Source: Ranitomeya imitator (Eukaryota). Taken from it: a stretch of 64,000 nucleotides of DNA. Position 1 is the stretch's first letter, and the number at the start of each line of letters is the position of its first letter. The position numbers and the translations under genes were made by a program. Below the pieces are notes generated by a model. The model was not told the origin of the DNA, did no database searches, and saw nothing but the letters and a program-made list of their open reading frames with translations. Location: positions 36,518,001-36,582,000 of the forward strand of contig NC_091282.1 in the NCBI RefSeq assembly GCF_032444005.1, read 5' to 3'. Positions 1-13,599 of the stretch are shown here, one piece after another.

Positions 1-2390
1 CATTTTTCCTTATTTGTCCAATAATTTTTCACAGAGATGTTCTCCTAAGAACGATAAAAGTGCACTTTTAATTTCGTAAACTTTCAGGTTTATTAAATTT
101 TTGGAGTGACCGACAGCGCTGGAGATGCTCATCAATAAAATTAATGATTAAAAATACAAATTTCCTAATAAGGCCAAGTCTAGGGTATTGAGGGATTAGA
201 CAACAGCGACTGGAGTTTTGCTCCGGTTGACGCTGTTAGTGGCCGATACCGGCTGGATAATGTTACGTGGTGGACTTGAGTCATGTGTCCTCTTCATTCA
301 CAGGTTATTACCCCGTCCTGATTGTATCATGGGTGTAGTGGGCCCCGGGACCAGTGATCTGGTTCTACTTATTGCTATGGCACAAGCGTGAAACATATAG
401 AAGCATAAGACACGTATAACCGGCGGTAAGATTGGGAAAACAGTCCAAGTCAGGGGTGATATGAGCTAAGCAGGAGCATTGGAGACTTTCATGCTCCGCT
501 GATTTTCTTTTCTATGTTGCATCGTCTATGAGCAGATGAGTCGGAGGAAAGTGAAGGGTTCTGGGTCTCTGCGGACATCATGCTCCCTGCTTTCTGATTG
601 CTGTAGACATTTGCACACCTACACTCCACCAGGTACCAGACAGAGCCAAGCGGTGCGACAGATGAACCCCTGGAGACTCCTGCTGTAATCCTGGGGTCTG
701 TGATTGATCTCTGCCCCCTTCCATGTGCCTCTCAATGGGGACTGCAGAAACTTTACGGCCAAAACTGTTTCACAAAACTTCTAACATGTTAAGTCTAGAA
801 TTTTTTTTTTTTTTATTAAAATCCCAGGATTGCAAAAAATGGCACAAATAACGTCCTCTAAATATTGATCTTCTTTTAAAAAAAAACATACTCCAGGAGA
901 AGAAGGATCGGAACGGAGTTGGTCCAAATTTGCAAACATTTGCATTTGACAAATTAGGCGAAAACATCTGGAATCGCTAAAATCCATGAATTAAGTGCAA
1001 AACTGGACAAAAAAACAAGGAGAATGATGAATCGGGATCATAATGGCTTCCTAGAAGGTGGAAAAATTTCAGCTTGTGGTGGGCTTGACTAATGTGTATG
1101 AGAATGAATTGAGTTTGAGCCACTACTTCCAGAATTTTGTAGAAAATCAAGGGTGGATACATCTGAATAATGGGGTCCACCATCTTGGCGGGAAGAATGG
1201 AGCAGAGGGGGCTCCTGATACAAATATGGCCTTACGGATCTTTTCTATGAATTTGATGTTACGTGTTGGAATCCAGATATTGGAACCATTTGCACAACAC
1301 GTGTTCCACAGATTCTCGCTTGCTGCCAATATTCCGTTCCCTGTGGGTGTAGATGGGAAATGGTATTTGCATTTTATGGCCTCTTTTTTGCTTTCATTAC
1401 ATAGGAAATTGGTGTTCGGGGATGTTCTCCGAGATCAGCAGAATAAAACAGCTGAACGCTGGGATGAAAAGTTCACAATGTTTGAATGCCATTTCCGAGC
1501 CAATATTCCTCTAGACAGACTTACGATCAAGTTAAAGTTTTGATTTTTGGAGAAGTAGAAAAAAAAAAAGATGGAGGAAAAAAATGTAAAAAAAAAAATA
1601 AAAAATGTTTTATTCTTTATTTTCCCTACCCATTTTCACACCAATTTTATTAATATGGCAGTAATTGGGAATGCTGTATCCATTATCAAGTGTTGTCACC
1701 CCAATGGGCCATCAATTTCCCCCCAACGTTCACGCATCCATTTGACATGTCCTAGTGCTGGCCTTTTTTTCTCGACAGCACAGTGACCCATAAAGTTTCT
1801 TCGTTCTATGCACACATCAGTTTTAATAACAGGTCGGTGAGACTCAGAAGGCGCCCTATTCTCAACCAATTTGAGGATCAGACTTGGCCATTGGGATCTG
1901 CGGAAAAAAAAAGGAATGTGAAAAAATCTGTTGCAACTGGGACGACACCTAAGAAAAAAAATTGCTCTTGGATGTGAGAATGTCGACTATGATTTTTTTT
2001 GGGGGGGAAATTTAGTCCGACAAAGTTGGAGTACGCCTCAACACATCAACTTCATGCAATTGCTACACATTCTGCGGGGGTAGAATGAGTCCATTAGTGC
2101 GGCTCTGACTGTGGCCGTCATTCTGCACTCAGTATAAGACGCCATTTATCTCCGTTTTCAGTTCTTAGAAATCTCGACTTAATATCCTGCCTTGGTAAAA
2201 GCATCAATCAACCAATTTAAAGCTAATATTACAATTACGTTACTGTCTAGGTGCGATATAAAAATAGAGAAGACCCGACTTTCATTAATATGATATTTTA
2301 TCACTACTACATATACTTCGGTCTCGTGCGTCTACTCCTGAGACGAAAAGAGAATCTGTATTCTACAAAAAGTCATTATCCAGATATTAA

Positions 2391-2558
2391 AGGAGTTGTA
2401 CAGGATTAGAAAATCATGTCTATTTTCTTCAGAGAACAGCGCCCCTCCTGCCCACAGGTTGTGTGTGGTATTACAGCTCATCTCTATTCACTACAGTAGA
2501 TCTGGGCTGCAATGCCAGACATGTACAGGCGTGGCGCTGTTTCTTCTGTACAACTAGT
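2391..2558. mobile_element. T2/Kolobok-type non-autonomous MITE
   Basis: TTAA at 2387-2390 and 2559-2562; ends AGGAGTTGTACAG and CTGTACAACTAGT are imperfect inverted repeats; interior is palindromic. Confidence 0.6.
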
Positions 2559-2656
2559 TTAACCTGCTCTTATAGGCGGCAATATAAAGTCTTTATTATT
2601 TTTAATAATTAAAATACTGATGCATAATATTTTTTTCCAATCTGTCTTTATTTTAT

Positions 2657-2659
<3 letters not shown>

Positions 2660-2704
<45 letters not shown>

Positions 2705-2714
2705 TTATTTATTT
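2660..2714. repeat. (TA)n microsatellite followed by (TTTA)n
   Basis: About 20 uninterrupted AT units at 2661-2700, then TTTA units. Confidence 0.95.
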
Positions 2715-2947
2715 ATATTTTTTTTCATTATTTTATTACTTTCTGCACATCATTATGGGGGCGGCCACCGTGTCTGAGCATTTATGTTAAGTCTTCCCTA
2801 GTGAGATGGATTTATGAAGCCTTTCGCCATGATGAGCAGTTGTAGCATAACCCTTCAGTTGTAACAGAGCTGGTTGTGTCAGAAGACACCTAAATGGCAG
2901 GTTAGATAGTTAAGCCGATAGGTTAGCTGCGACATTGAGTGTAATTA

Positions 2948-3700
2948 CAGTGTCTTGAAAAAGTATTCATACCCCGTGAATTTTTCCTCATTTTTCACGT
3001 TACATCCAGAAACTGAAATGTATTTTGGGGATTTTCTGTGATACCCGCACTAAGAGCAAATACTTGTGACATGTCAAAGAAATGATACAAGGTTTTCTAA
3101 ATATTTTAAAAATATAAATCTGAAAATTGTGACATGCTTTTGTGTTCAGCCCCCCTGTAGTCTGATGCCCCTAAATAAAATCCTGAGTGACCGATTAGAC
3201 ATAATTAGGACATTGAGTCCACCTGGGTGTAATTTCTTCTCAGTATAACTACAGCTGTTCTGTGAAGGCCTCAGAGGTTTGTGTGAGAACATTGGGGATC
3301 AAACAACATCATGAAAACAATGGAGCTCACCAGACAGGTCAGGGATAAAGTTGTGGAGGAGAGGAAAGCAGAGTTAGGTTATAAAAAATAGCCCAAGCTC
3401 TGAGCATCTCATAGAGCACTAATCATTCATCCAAAAATGGAAGGAGAATGACTCAACTCCAAACTTGCAAAGACATGGCCGTCCACCTAAACTCACATCC
3501 CAAGGAAGGAGAACGCTAATTAGAGAAGCAACCAAGAGGCCCATGGTCACTGAAGGAGCTGCAGAGATCGACATTTCAAGTGGGAGAATTTGTCCACAGG
3601 AAGACTATTAGTCGTCAACTCCATAAATCTGGCCTTTATGGAAGAGTGGCAAGAAGAAAGGCATTTTTGAAAGCAGTTTGCAAAAAGCCATATAGAGGAC
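2948..3700 (+). pseudogene. Degenerate 5' fragment of a Tc1-family transposon
   Basis: Starts TA|CAGTGTCTTGAAAAAGTATTCATACCCC (Tc1-type end). From 3310 it reads MKTMELTRQVRDKVVE...LGYKK; fragments of GRPPKL, EATKRPMVT and LYGRVARRK follow, with stops and frameshifts. No right TIR found. Confidence 0.75.
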
Positions 3701-4630
3701 ACCGCGACCATGTGCAAGAAGGTGAAGAGGAAGGACAAAAAGCTTGAGAATGGAGTTGGGACACGTGAGTAACAATTTGGAGATATACTCTACATCAGTC
3801 ATATGGACCATAGGCAAAGAATAGTCTGAAGATGTTCATTGAGAGTGTTGTGGGTGTGCTCTATCACCTGTGCAGAGGTCCTGCTGCAGTGAAGGGGAGG
3901 ATGTGAGATGCAGCAATCACTTACTCTCTGTCTTTAGAATCCTGTCTGTGATGATAATGAGATAACTTCTGAAAAGTGATCTCTACAGAACATGAAGTGA
4001 CTACTTCTGCTGTGCAGCCCAGTGACAGGCGGCAGCTGCTGGAGATTGTAAAGAACAGCTTGCAATTTTGCATTTGAGCAGCCGAAGTGCAAATAAATAA
4101 ATATAGCCCCACTAGAGTACATGAGCGATTAGTTTCGGGCCTACAAGTGACAGATTCGGACCCACAGTACCTTGAAAATTTACAAAAAATCTTGTGTCTC
4201 TCAGGAAATATTAAGACTCGTAGTTTCAGAACAGTTGGAAAGACGCAGATCGGAGGCCAAGATCTGCGGCACCCTCTGCAGCCACCACCATAAAGCCACC
4301 ACCATGGCACGGTGCACAGTCCTGGATTCCTATAGAGTACATTTCTCTTTCTAGGGAAGCTCTGCACACACTTTTTTTCTTTTTGAAAGGCGAAGTTTAA
4401 GGTAACATCTAATTTCATGTAATCAGCTAAACATCAAAAACTGAGTGGAAAAATGCCCTGCAGCCAAAGCAAACCTGCTAAGCATACACTGTAAGCATAC
4501 ACCTGCACATTTTTTACATACTTGACTTTTCCCGTAGGACATTTACATGATGGTGATGGAAAGCGTGTAAGCGGCACCGAGGAAACCCACCAAGGGTCAA
4601 ATGGAATCACCTTCTCAAAGTACAAATCAA

Positions 4631-4985
4631 TAGTGATAGGCGAGCGTGCTTGGCATCGGGGTGCTCGATCAAGTATTGAGTGGTGCCTGGTATCGTGTGG
4701 TGTTCGAGTGCTCGGGTCCCCATGAGAAGCTCATTTGAATCATCTGAGCCATGCACCGCACTGAAGCGGCATCTTCTCCTGCCGGGAGCTTAGGGACTCC
4801 TCTGTCTGCCGGACTCTTTGTGAGCTGCAGAACTCTAGCACAGAGAGACAGAGAGAGACAGAGAGGCCGTCCTCCGGAAAAATGCTCGAGTTTCACTTTC
4901 ACTTCCATTATGCTCCCTACAAGCATCCCATGTGCCCAATTCGAGTACCGAGCACTCGAGCATTTCAGTGCTCGATCATCAACTG
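4631..4985. mobile_element. hAT-type non-autonomous MITE
   Basis: 8-bp direct repeat CAAATCAA at 4623-4630 and 4986-4993; ends TAGTGATAGGCGAGC and GCTCGATCATCAACTG are decayed TIRs; repeated GCTCGA/TCGAGC subterminal motifs. Confidence 0.7.
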
Positions 4986-7900
4986 CAAATCAAATGTCAA
5001 AATAAGAAAAAATAAAGAAAGAAATTAAAAAATGAAAACATATAAAGGGAGTAGGACCAGGAGGTTCAGCTTCATGCTTTCCTATGGAAGGAGATGGTCA
5101 TTGGTGAAGGTTCAAGAGGGCAAATGCTGAAGTTACAGAAGTCCCTCAGTACTAAAACATTGATGACCCTTCCAATAGGTAAAGTGTATACACCGTATCC
5201 ACCGGTAGAGGGAAGACACCTGGTGGACCATTTAGTATAATGATTGGTTTCCCAAAAACTACACTGGAAATAGACAATGATTACACTATATCTGATCCTT
5301 CGTACCCAATCGCAGATCTTGGAAGTGACTTATGGACTCTGTTAATTTAATATGGCCGGCTACTGGGGTTTACCCAATGTTTAAATCATTTTGACGGTGA
5401 GAATGCTGCAAAAGGTAACCGATCGGACCACTGAACTCCTGATGGAGTCCTTGAACTGTTACGTCTGCTAAGGTAGATTGTTGAAGCCCTTGGTCTAGGT
5501 ATATGCAGTCCTTATGTATCACGGACATGTGGCACCGGTGCAGCAGGGATATTTGTAGGAACAATGGAGGCGGATGATGAAGCACGACAACTACTTTACG
5601 ACAACTAGAGTAGCAGAGTTGTAATCAGAAATGGAGCAGAGTTGGAGTAATGGCAACTGGTTTAGTGAAGTAAGTACAAAGATGAAACGCAGTTGACTCA
5701 ATGATGCAACCGAAGTAAATTTGCAGCAAAATTCAATATAACTGAGATGTCGTTGCGATGTATCAGTGCTAAGTTTGCAGTGGAGTTTAATATGGAAAAA
5801 CTAATATGGAAAAATATAGTAGAGTTGTGCTCAGCGATGAAGAACCAAGTGTTGTAGAGCTGAGTTTGTAACAGAGTTTAAAAAGCAGAGCTGGCCTGGC
5901 GATTTAGCAGTGATACCTAGAAATATAAATAAATAATAATAAAAATAATAATAATATGAGAAAGGAGTAGCAGAGCTGCATTTGCCATAGAGTTCAATAC
6001 AAATGTTGGCAGAAAGTCTACAGTAATGGCGTGAATGCTAACTACCTGAATACTCAAGGCGATGTGTGGCCAACTGAGCTGGAGTATATGGCCCAAGAGA
6101 CCGATGTCACAGGAGTGCATTGGGAATGAAAAGGAGGACGCAGTGCCTGACATTGGAGCCAGGACAGGTGAACAATTGAATAAGTATGAACACGGCCTAA
6201 TATCTATATCCAAGGAAATAGATAATGGCAAGAAAATGTGCTTATTGTGCTAAACATGCCGCATTTCATTAGACAGACTCCACTGCCGCTCTGAACCAAA
6301 CGGCCAACGCAAAACCTGAGAAAGAATGTTTCATACGTGATAGCATAAAATAACGACTTCCAACAGGGGGCGCTATAGAGACCGAGAGACTGCTTATTTT
6401 AGTCTGAGAAGAACTAGTTTACATACGCAGACTTTTAAGACTTCTAAGCCAGCTTAATGGCCCCCCAAAAGAGAAAAGGTGACCCCTAGACCCAGATCAT
6501 GCTCAGCAGGACATCTTGGCTCTGTGTTCCTCCTGCTTGATCTCCGCTGTGAGCAGAGCAGTCTGGGGAGGGTTCCGATGTTTATGTCTTTTTTTCCAAA
6601 CCTATTGCTCTATTCTGAAGTTTTTTTAGAATTTAAAGGCAATAGTAAATGCCCCCCAGGGAAATGGAAAGATCATAATATTATGGGTCACCTTTCACCC
6701 TTATACAGGGAAGTGAATTTTGCTGCAATGCGTCCGCAGGGTCACAAATCCTGGAGTAACGGCCAAATAACTGGTCACAGTTAACGATGATGGAGTGGGG
6801 TCATACACAGAAGTAAGAAGACAGACATCAAAGCACACAAGGAGGAAGGAAGCGGTCAGGAGTCAACCAAGGTCAATATCCAGAGTAGTAAAGAAGTCCC
6901 CAAACGGGACAGTGCAGAATTAAGCCATAGGAACATCAGCGAGAATCCACAAGATCAACCAGAACCAACTAGTAACACTCACTATCAAATAATAGGTCAT
7001 CAATATCAGATGGGTGATGGTCTGGTGCCCCTCAGTCAGCTGTTTGCAGCCATCAACCGGATGGAAAGAGTACCAAAATTACCACAGGCCGAGCTGAATG
7101 GCACTTCCATTAATATATACTCCTGCAGATAAAGGAAAGTCAATGCCAAGTATTTTAAAAAATATTTTTCACCTTTATTAAACATACAACATTTAATTAA
7201 AATCTTTCCAATGGAGATACAGGTATAATATAGGCTACAAACACCAGGTGTGCAATATTGGTATTAGAAAGAGCACAAATACAGGTTACTTTGTCATAAA
7301 GAGGTCAAATCTCATATAGTATTCATATTCCTTGATTCAGATCTCATAGGGTAAATAACATAATTGTAAGCTAGATTACTGCTCTTACATTAGGTAAATG
7401 CACATATGATATACATTAGGTAAATGCGCATTGTGGCCCATGACTACATCTTAGGTTGTGAACTTTAAACTTTTCTTTACTTTTTTCATTTATTGATGAT
7501 ACATGTATCAGTGGGTAGCAAACTTTAATCCTTATCGGCCCCTTCTCCCACCCAGGGCAGTGGGAAGCCGAAGTGTAAAGGATTATACTAACCAGACAAA
7601 CAAAGGAAGATGGACAGAGATAAATGAAAATACCAATCATAGAATATATACTCACCAAACAGCAGAGTGGAACACAGCGAGTTAAAGGAAGGGGAAACCA
7701 AATAGGAGAGGTTGAGGATGTACACACAAACAAAACTCCAAGCAGCAATCTCATAAACAACACTCCAAAGGCAGGCAGTAAGATCTATCACTGGCAATTC
7801 CTAAGTGCCAGTGGTGAGCATACTGTATATAGCAGAAGGGAGAGGCCAACACCGAACAGCTGCGACAATCCAAGCGGGAAAAGCTCTGGGAGCTTCACCT

Positions 7901-8799
7901 GAACAGATTAACCCTTGCACTGCCAGCAAGGAAAAAAATCTGCATTGTATAATAAAATGGTGAAATACTTCTAATCAGTGCAGGAGTTTGTAAAACCAGA
8001 TGCCACAATCTTCCCAACCCTCGCGAAAAAAGTCTCCATCTTCACCATTGTGAAAATCGAACCATACCCGAATAGTGCAGTCGAATTTTTTTCCGTGGAT
8101 TCAGTAACTTGCATGGCCGAGTGCATTCCGGACACCGGATGCAACTTGTGCACGCTGCCATTTTTTTCCTCAGACATGTGCACAGCCCCATAAAATAACA
8201 TTGGTCTGAGTGCAATCGGATCACACTTGGACTGGAAATACGGTTATGTGCACAAGGAAAAGCCCTTAGTATCTAAGACCTGGACAACCACTGAAAGCTT
8301 TTAGTCTTTATACAAATGATCTATAAAGCTCAGTCAGTGCATACAGGTTTTTAATATGGTATTTTTACCATTTTTATCATTTATTTTTGCAGCCAATGAA
8401 TGAAAACTCTTATTCGGAGGCTGTAGCCCTGCACAAAGCTCATCCTGCAGGAACTGAAGACTTCATTGGTGTCTAACACACCAGTTATAGAGCTGACATC
8501 GGCAATTATCACCTCACGACCTTTCCGAGACCTTTACACATTCCCACTTGTCAGGTCTCTGTGATGACAGCCTGGAATTATCCTTGTACTCACATCCACG
8601 TTGGCCGCCCACCCGGGGCCCATCATGGAACTGTGACGTATTTATACACACACGGGTCTTCCGTAAAAGAGAAAGGTCTTAAAATTAGTAAGCAATTTAT
8701 TTTTTTTTAGCTATAAAAATTAGTTTGTTGGAAATAAAACCCCTTCAACATGCATATTACAGGACTTCATGGCATTGTGCGTAGTACAGATATAGTATC

Positions 8800-9550
8800 C
8801 AGAGACCTTCATGGGGCACAATAACAGTGCTCCTCTTGGTGCCCCACATAATAATGCCACCACTGTGCCCCCCCACATAGTGCCTCCACTGGGCCCCCCA
8901 CATAGTAATAATGCCTCCACTGTGCACCTACATAATGCCACCACTGTACCCCACATAATAATGCCTCCACTGTGCACCTACATAATAATGCCACCACTGT
9001 ACCCCACATAATAATGCCTCCACTGTGCTCCCCACATAATAATGCCACCACTGTGCCCCCCACATAATAATGCCACCACTGTGCCCCCACATAATAATGC
9101 CACCACTGTGCCCCCCACATAATAATGCCAACACTGTGCCCCCACATAATAATGCCTCCACTGTGTCCCCCACATAGTAATAATGGCTCCACTGTGCCCC
9201 ACATAATAGTGTCACCACTGTGCCCCACATAATAATGCCTCCACTGTGCCCCCACATAATACTGCCTCTACAGTGCCCCTCACACAGTAATAATGCCTCC
9301 ACTATGCCCCCCCACATAGTAATAATGCCACCACTGTGCCCCACATAATAATGCCTCCACAGTGCCCCCACATAATATTGCCACCATTGTGCCCCACATA
9401 ATAATCCCTCCACTGTGCCCCCCACATAATAATAATGCCTCCACTGTGCCCCCACATAGTAATAATGCCTCCACTGTGCCCCCCACATAATAATGCCTCC
9501 ACATAATAATGCCACCACTGATCCCCATATAATAATGCCACCACTGTGCC
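8800..9550. repeat. Minisatellite, ~27-32-bp unit (CACATAATAATGCCACCACTGTGCCCC)
   Basis: Roughly 25 copies; unit length varies with the C-run and extra TAA/TAG triplets. Confidence 0.95.
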
Positions 9551-9618
9551 CCTTACTTAGTAAAATGCCCTCTAGATGGTAAAATTGCCCCCTAGAAAAT
9601 ATTAATGCCCTGTGCAAG

Positions 9619-10718
9619 TGTAACACCCCAGGTTCCTGTTTTTTTACAGTGGCATTGCTTTCCTCATGGGGAGAGTGATGTCATGCTTGGAAGCGAGGAA
9701 GGATCTCTTTTATCAGGTAATCACAGACATGCAACATGTTCATACTCCAGGCCAGAAAGGGGAGCTCTGATCCAGTTTGTGTGTGGCTCCCCTAGATATA
9801 TTCTGGTCTGGAGGGAAAGTTAGTCAGTTCCTGTCAGAGAGACAGAGGAGAAGGAAGCAGAGAGTCCGTGCTGCCACGAGAAGTGCTGTAGCTCTTAGGA
9901 AAGAGATAGAAAAGAAAGCAGAACTGATTGTAGAGAGCGGGAAGGAGAAACGAAGCGCAGGAGAGTGAAGAACTGGGGGAGAATAGCTGTGACTGGGCGC
10001 AGATACTGGTAGCCTGAAGACTAAGGTTGTGCAGGATTCTACATCTCACAGCAGAAACTGGCGGGATAGCTAATTGCAAGTTACCTGTCCACCACACACC
10101 TGAAGACACAGTAACACAATGGAGCCTGGGTCGTGATAGAGATCCTGTAAAAAGGCTCGAGTTACCTGTCATACAGGTATTGTCCTACCTAAAGGGGGAC
10201 AGAGAGAACACGTGAGGACCTTGTGTGAGGCCTAAGGCAGCGAGGGACTACATCACAGCGCTAGAAGGAAGGCTTCCAACCTCACCTGGTAAGGGGGATT
10301 CTAGATTCCCTTCCAAGCCGGCCGGACCAACAACACCTGTGATGCGGTACCCTGGACTGTGGCTGCCTGAACCTTCAGTAAAAAGGTAAAGAGACTGCAA
10401 CCCTGTGTCCTCCGTTTCTTTCCACACCACCTGTCCCCACTACATCGGAAGCCCTGGTGACCCAGCTTCACCTGTGGGAAGCCATACCATCTTAGCTGCC
10501 ATAACAACACCCCAGCGGACCCATTTAAGCAGCGTTGGTCACCACTAACTGAGAACCAAAGGACGCATCACGAACAAAATGTATTCACAAAATCCGTTTA
10601 AAGACTTTTCCCCTAACATAGGCACCCAGGGCCACGGATAGGGTTGTTACCACCGTGCCACATCCCTTTAAGTACTGGACCCGGTACCGAGTACCCCACG
10701 ACCCTGGTGGGCGTTTCA
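9619..10718 (+). mobile_element. Solo LTR (1.1 kb), probably gypsy-type
   Basis: TGTAACACCC...GGGCGTTTCA ends (TG..CA, imperfect inverted); 4-bp TSD CAAG at 9615-9618 and 10719-10722; no internal coding sequence. Strand is tentative. Confidence 0.7.
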
Positions 10719-11177
10719 CAAGTGCCCTAGAAAACAGTGTCCACATTATGCTCCTAGAATGTAATAATGCTCCATGTGCACCTTAGATGGTCACAGTAGT
10801 CTTAGTGCCCCTACAACAATAATACTTAAGTTCCCACTTAACTTTTAAAGAGGATTTCCGCTACTGACTTAACTACCTTTTATTAGTCCTATCTCTTCCT
10901 AACACTTTTCTTATATACTTTTATTACCTGCTCTGCTCCTGTAGTCTTATCTCTCTGTGGGTCATATATCCTTTTGTACTGATTCTGGCTCTGTGTCACT
11001 GGTGAAGCTACATTTTGGTGAGTGACAACATTCTGAGAACGCATGCTCAGATTAGACTTCACTCTCCTCACTATTTGGAAACGGCACTTCAAAGCATCAG
11101 CATACTCAGTTGGCACCAGGCATGACCGAGCTCACAAGTGCCGTCTGTTCAGCTGACAAGCCCTGCAATATACTTTC

Positions 11178-12162
11178 GGCCTGTCCCACACGTCCAGATA
11201 ATTCCGGTATCGGAAAAATCGGTACCGGAATTATCCATGTCCGTGTGTCCGTGTGCTCACGTGGCACATCAGTGTGGCACACGTGCGGCATCTGTGTGCC
11301 GCCTGAGGACCACACGGACCGTGCTGGAGAGACAGCGCTACACTAAGCGCTGTCCCCCCTGCGTGGTGCTGAAGCCGGCATTCATCTCTTCTCCCCCGCA
11401 GGAGAGAAGAGATGAAAGATGAAAGTTTTGTTATTTTTTTGTTAAAAATAAAGTTTGCTGGTGAGCTCCCGCCTCCCATCCCCCGTGTGCCGCCCGGCCG
11501 CTTGCATAGAAATACTCACCTAGCTCCCGTGATGTCTCCTCTCTCCTCTCAGTGCTGGCAGCTTCTCCTGTATGAGTGGTCACGTGGTGCCGCTTATTAC
11601 AGTGATGAATATGCGGCTCCACCCCTATGGGAGGTGGAGCCGCATATTCATCACTGTAATATGCGGGACCACGTGACCGCTCATACAGGAAGAGCTGCGA
11701 CGCTGAGAGGATGGAAGCGCCGAGGAAGCTGGGTAAGTATTTTAATGCCAGCGGGCGGGCGCACAAGGGGTGGGAGGGGGGAGATTACCGGGAACTTTAT
11801 TTTAAAAACATTTTTTTTTTAAAAAAAGTGATTTTTTATTCCTTCTCTCCAGTGAACGCTGCTGGAGAGAAGAAATGAATGGGGCTTCAGCACCACAAGC
11901 TGGGGTGGCAGCGCTTACAGTAGCGCTGTCTCCTGCACTGCACACGGACAGCATCCATTGACTTTAATGGGTCCGTGTGATCCGTGCGTTCCCACAAACA
12001 CTAACATGTCTCTGTGTTTTCAAAACGGACACACGGTCCGTGAAAACACGCTGACATGTGCAGAGACACATTGATTTTAATGTGTCTACGTGAGTCAGTG
12101 TCTCCGGTACGTGAGGAAACTGTCACCTCACGTACCGGAACCACTGACGTGTGAAACCGGCC
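11178..12162. mobile_element. PIF/Harbinger-type MITE with internal inverted repeats
   Basis: Ends GGCCTGTCCCACACGTC and GACGTGTGAAACCGGCC; 3-bp TSD TTC at 11175-11177 and 12163-12165; about 11340-11530 is mirrored at about 11740-11940. Confidence 0.7.
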
Positions 12163-13599
12163 TTCCAATGATCAGCACATCACAGGGCTTTTCAGCTGAA
12201 CGGATGGAACTTCAAAGCAGCACCCAAGCAGAGAGGAGAGTGAAGTGTGATCTGAGTATCTCGTTAGCTTCCTGCTCACACAGTGCCTTGTTCATGAACC
12301 CAAAGGCTGCTTCTGGGCCTAGTGTCCGCAACCAGCAAACCTTGTCAAATGCTCAGGTCCACTGCTCCTCAGGATAGCACAAGTCCCCTTGAGGGACTAA
12401 TAAAATGGGGGGAAAAAAATAAAAATCTAAAAAATGTTTAAATTTCATATCACTCTCCGTTTCCTGAAACACAAAAATAATCTAAATAGCAGAATCGCTG
12501 TGTTTGGTTTTGTCAACTCACTAAAGAAAAATTCAATGAAAATAGATCAAAAGGTCGTTCGTATGCCCCAAAAATGGCCAGGGGCGCATCTACAGCAGAC
12601 TCATACGATGTGTATTTTCCGGAACTATAAATCTGCAGTTGGAAAAACAATACAAAGTTGGCGTTTTTGTTTTTTTTTTTCAATTTTTTTCAATTTTTGT
12701 GTTAGAGCAATTCAATATTTCTGAAGGCAAAAGGTGAAATTCACTGTGAAAATGCAAAATCTGCACCAGGCCCCCACTTGCCATGTGTCATCTATAACAC
12801 TGGAGTCTGATGTGGCAGAGAGACCTTTGGGACCCCTCCGGCTCCAGGGCCCAGGTGCGCCTGCTGCCTCTACACCCCCCATAGCGATGTCTGGGACACT
12901 GGAGTATCTGCAGCTCCTCCGTTGCCTCAGCTCCAGCCTCACCCGTGGCTCCAGGCCGCCTCGCCTGCTCCAGCTGCACACGGGGCTGCGTGTTCCTCTA
13001 TCACGAGGGGCTGTAGGATTATATTAGTGTAACACAGTGCTGATGTTCTATGCTATCAGCTTCTTGGGCACCAGCCTGGACTACGCAGAGATCAAGAAAT
13101 GGGTTCATTAACCCATTAATGATCAGTGTAAATGACTGGACGCTTCTAGCGTTTTCACCATTTTTCATATAACCTAATTTTATTTTTTATTTTTTTTTCA
13201 ACCTTTGTAAATTTATTAGGACTACATTGTAAAAAGAAAATGGTAAAAAAAATACAGTTCTTTATATATTTTTTTTTAATTTGCAAAATTCATACTAAAA
13301 TAACATTTACTGTTTAGTGTCCTCTGTTAATTTTGGTCACTTTGGATATATAGTTTTTTTTTATAATGAATGAGGCCGCATTGCCTGGGGTTTTGGATGG
13401 CATTGAAGAGTTTTTATCAAGTTTTTTTTTTGCGTTTAATTTTCTTATTTGCAAGGCAGTTGTTGTGCTACCTGACCCAATAATTTTTCCCACTTTAAAA
13501 AGTATTAATGCCACCTCAGTGCACCCTAAAAAAGTAATGCTATCCTCGGGTAACCCCTCTAAATTATTATTTATTGGTTTTCAGTTTGATCTCGAATTG

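Noticed and set aside
304-392. Frame LLPRPDCIMGVVGPGTSDLVLLIAMAQA, faintly like class C GPCR/V2R ligand-binding domains
   Set aside because: In-frame TGA before the next donor; the similarity is only a few residues.
1058-1543. 161-aa ORF on the plus strand
   Set aside because: Starts at GTG, shows no motif I recognise and has no supporting neighbouring exons; not supportable without a database search.
8720-9626. Many overlapping ORFs up to 232 aa (WWHYYVG/GGIIMWG repeats)
   Set aside because: Products of a minisatellite; variable unit length breaks the frames.
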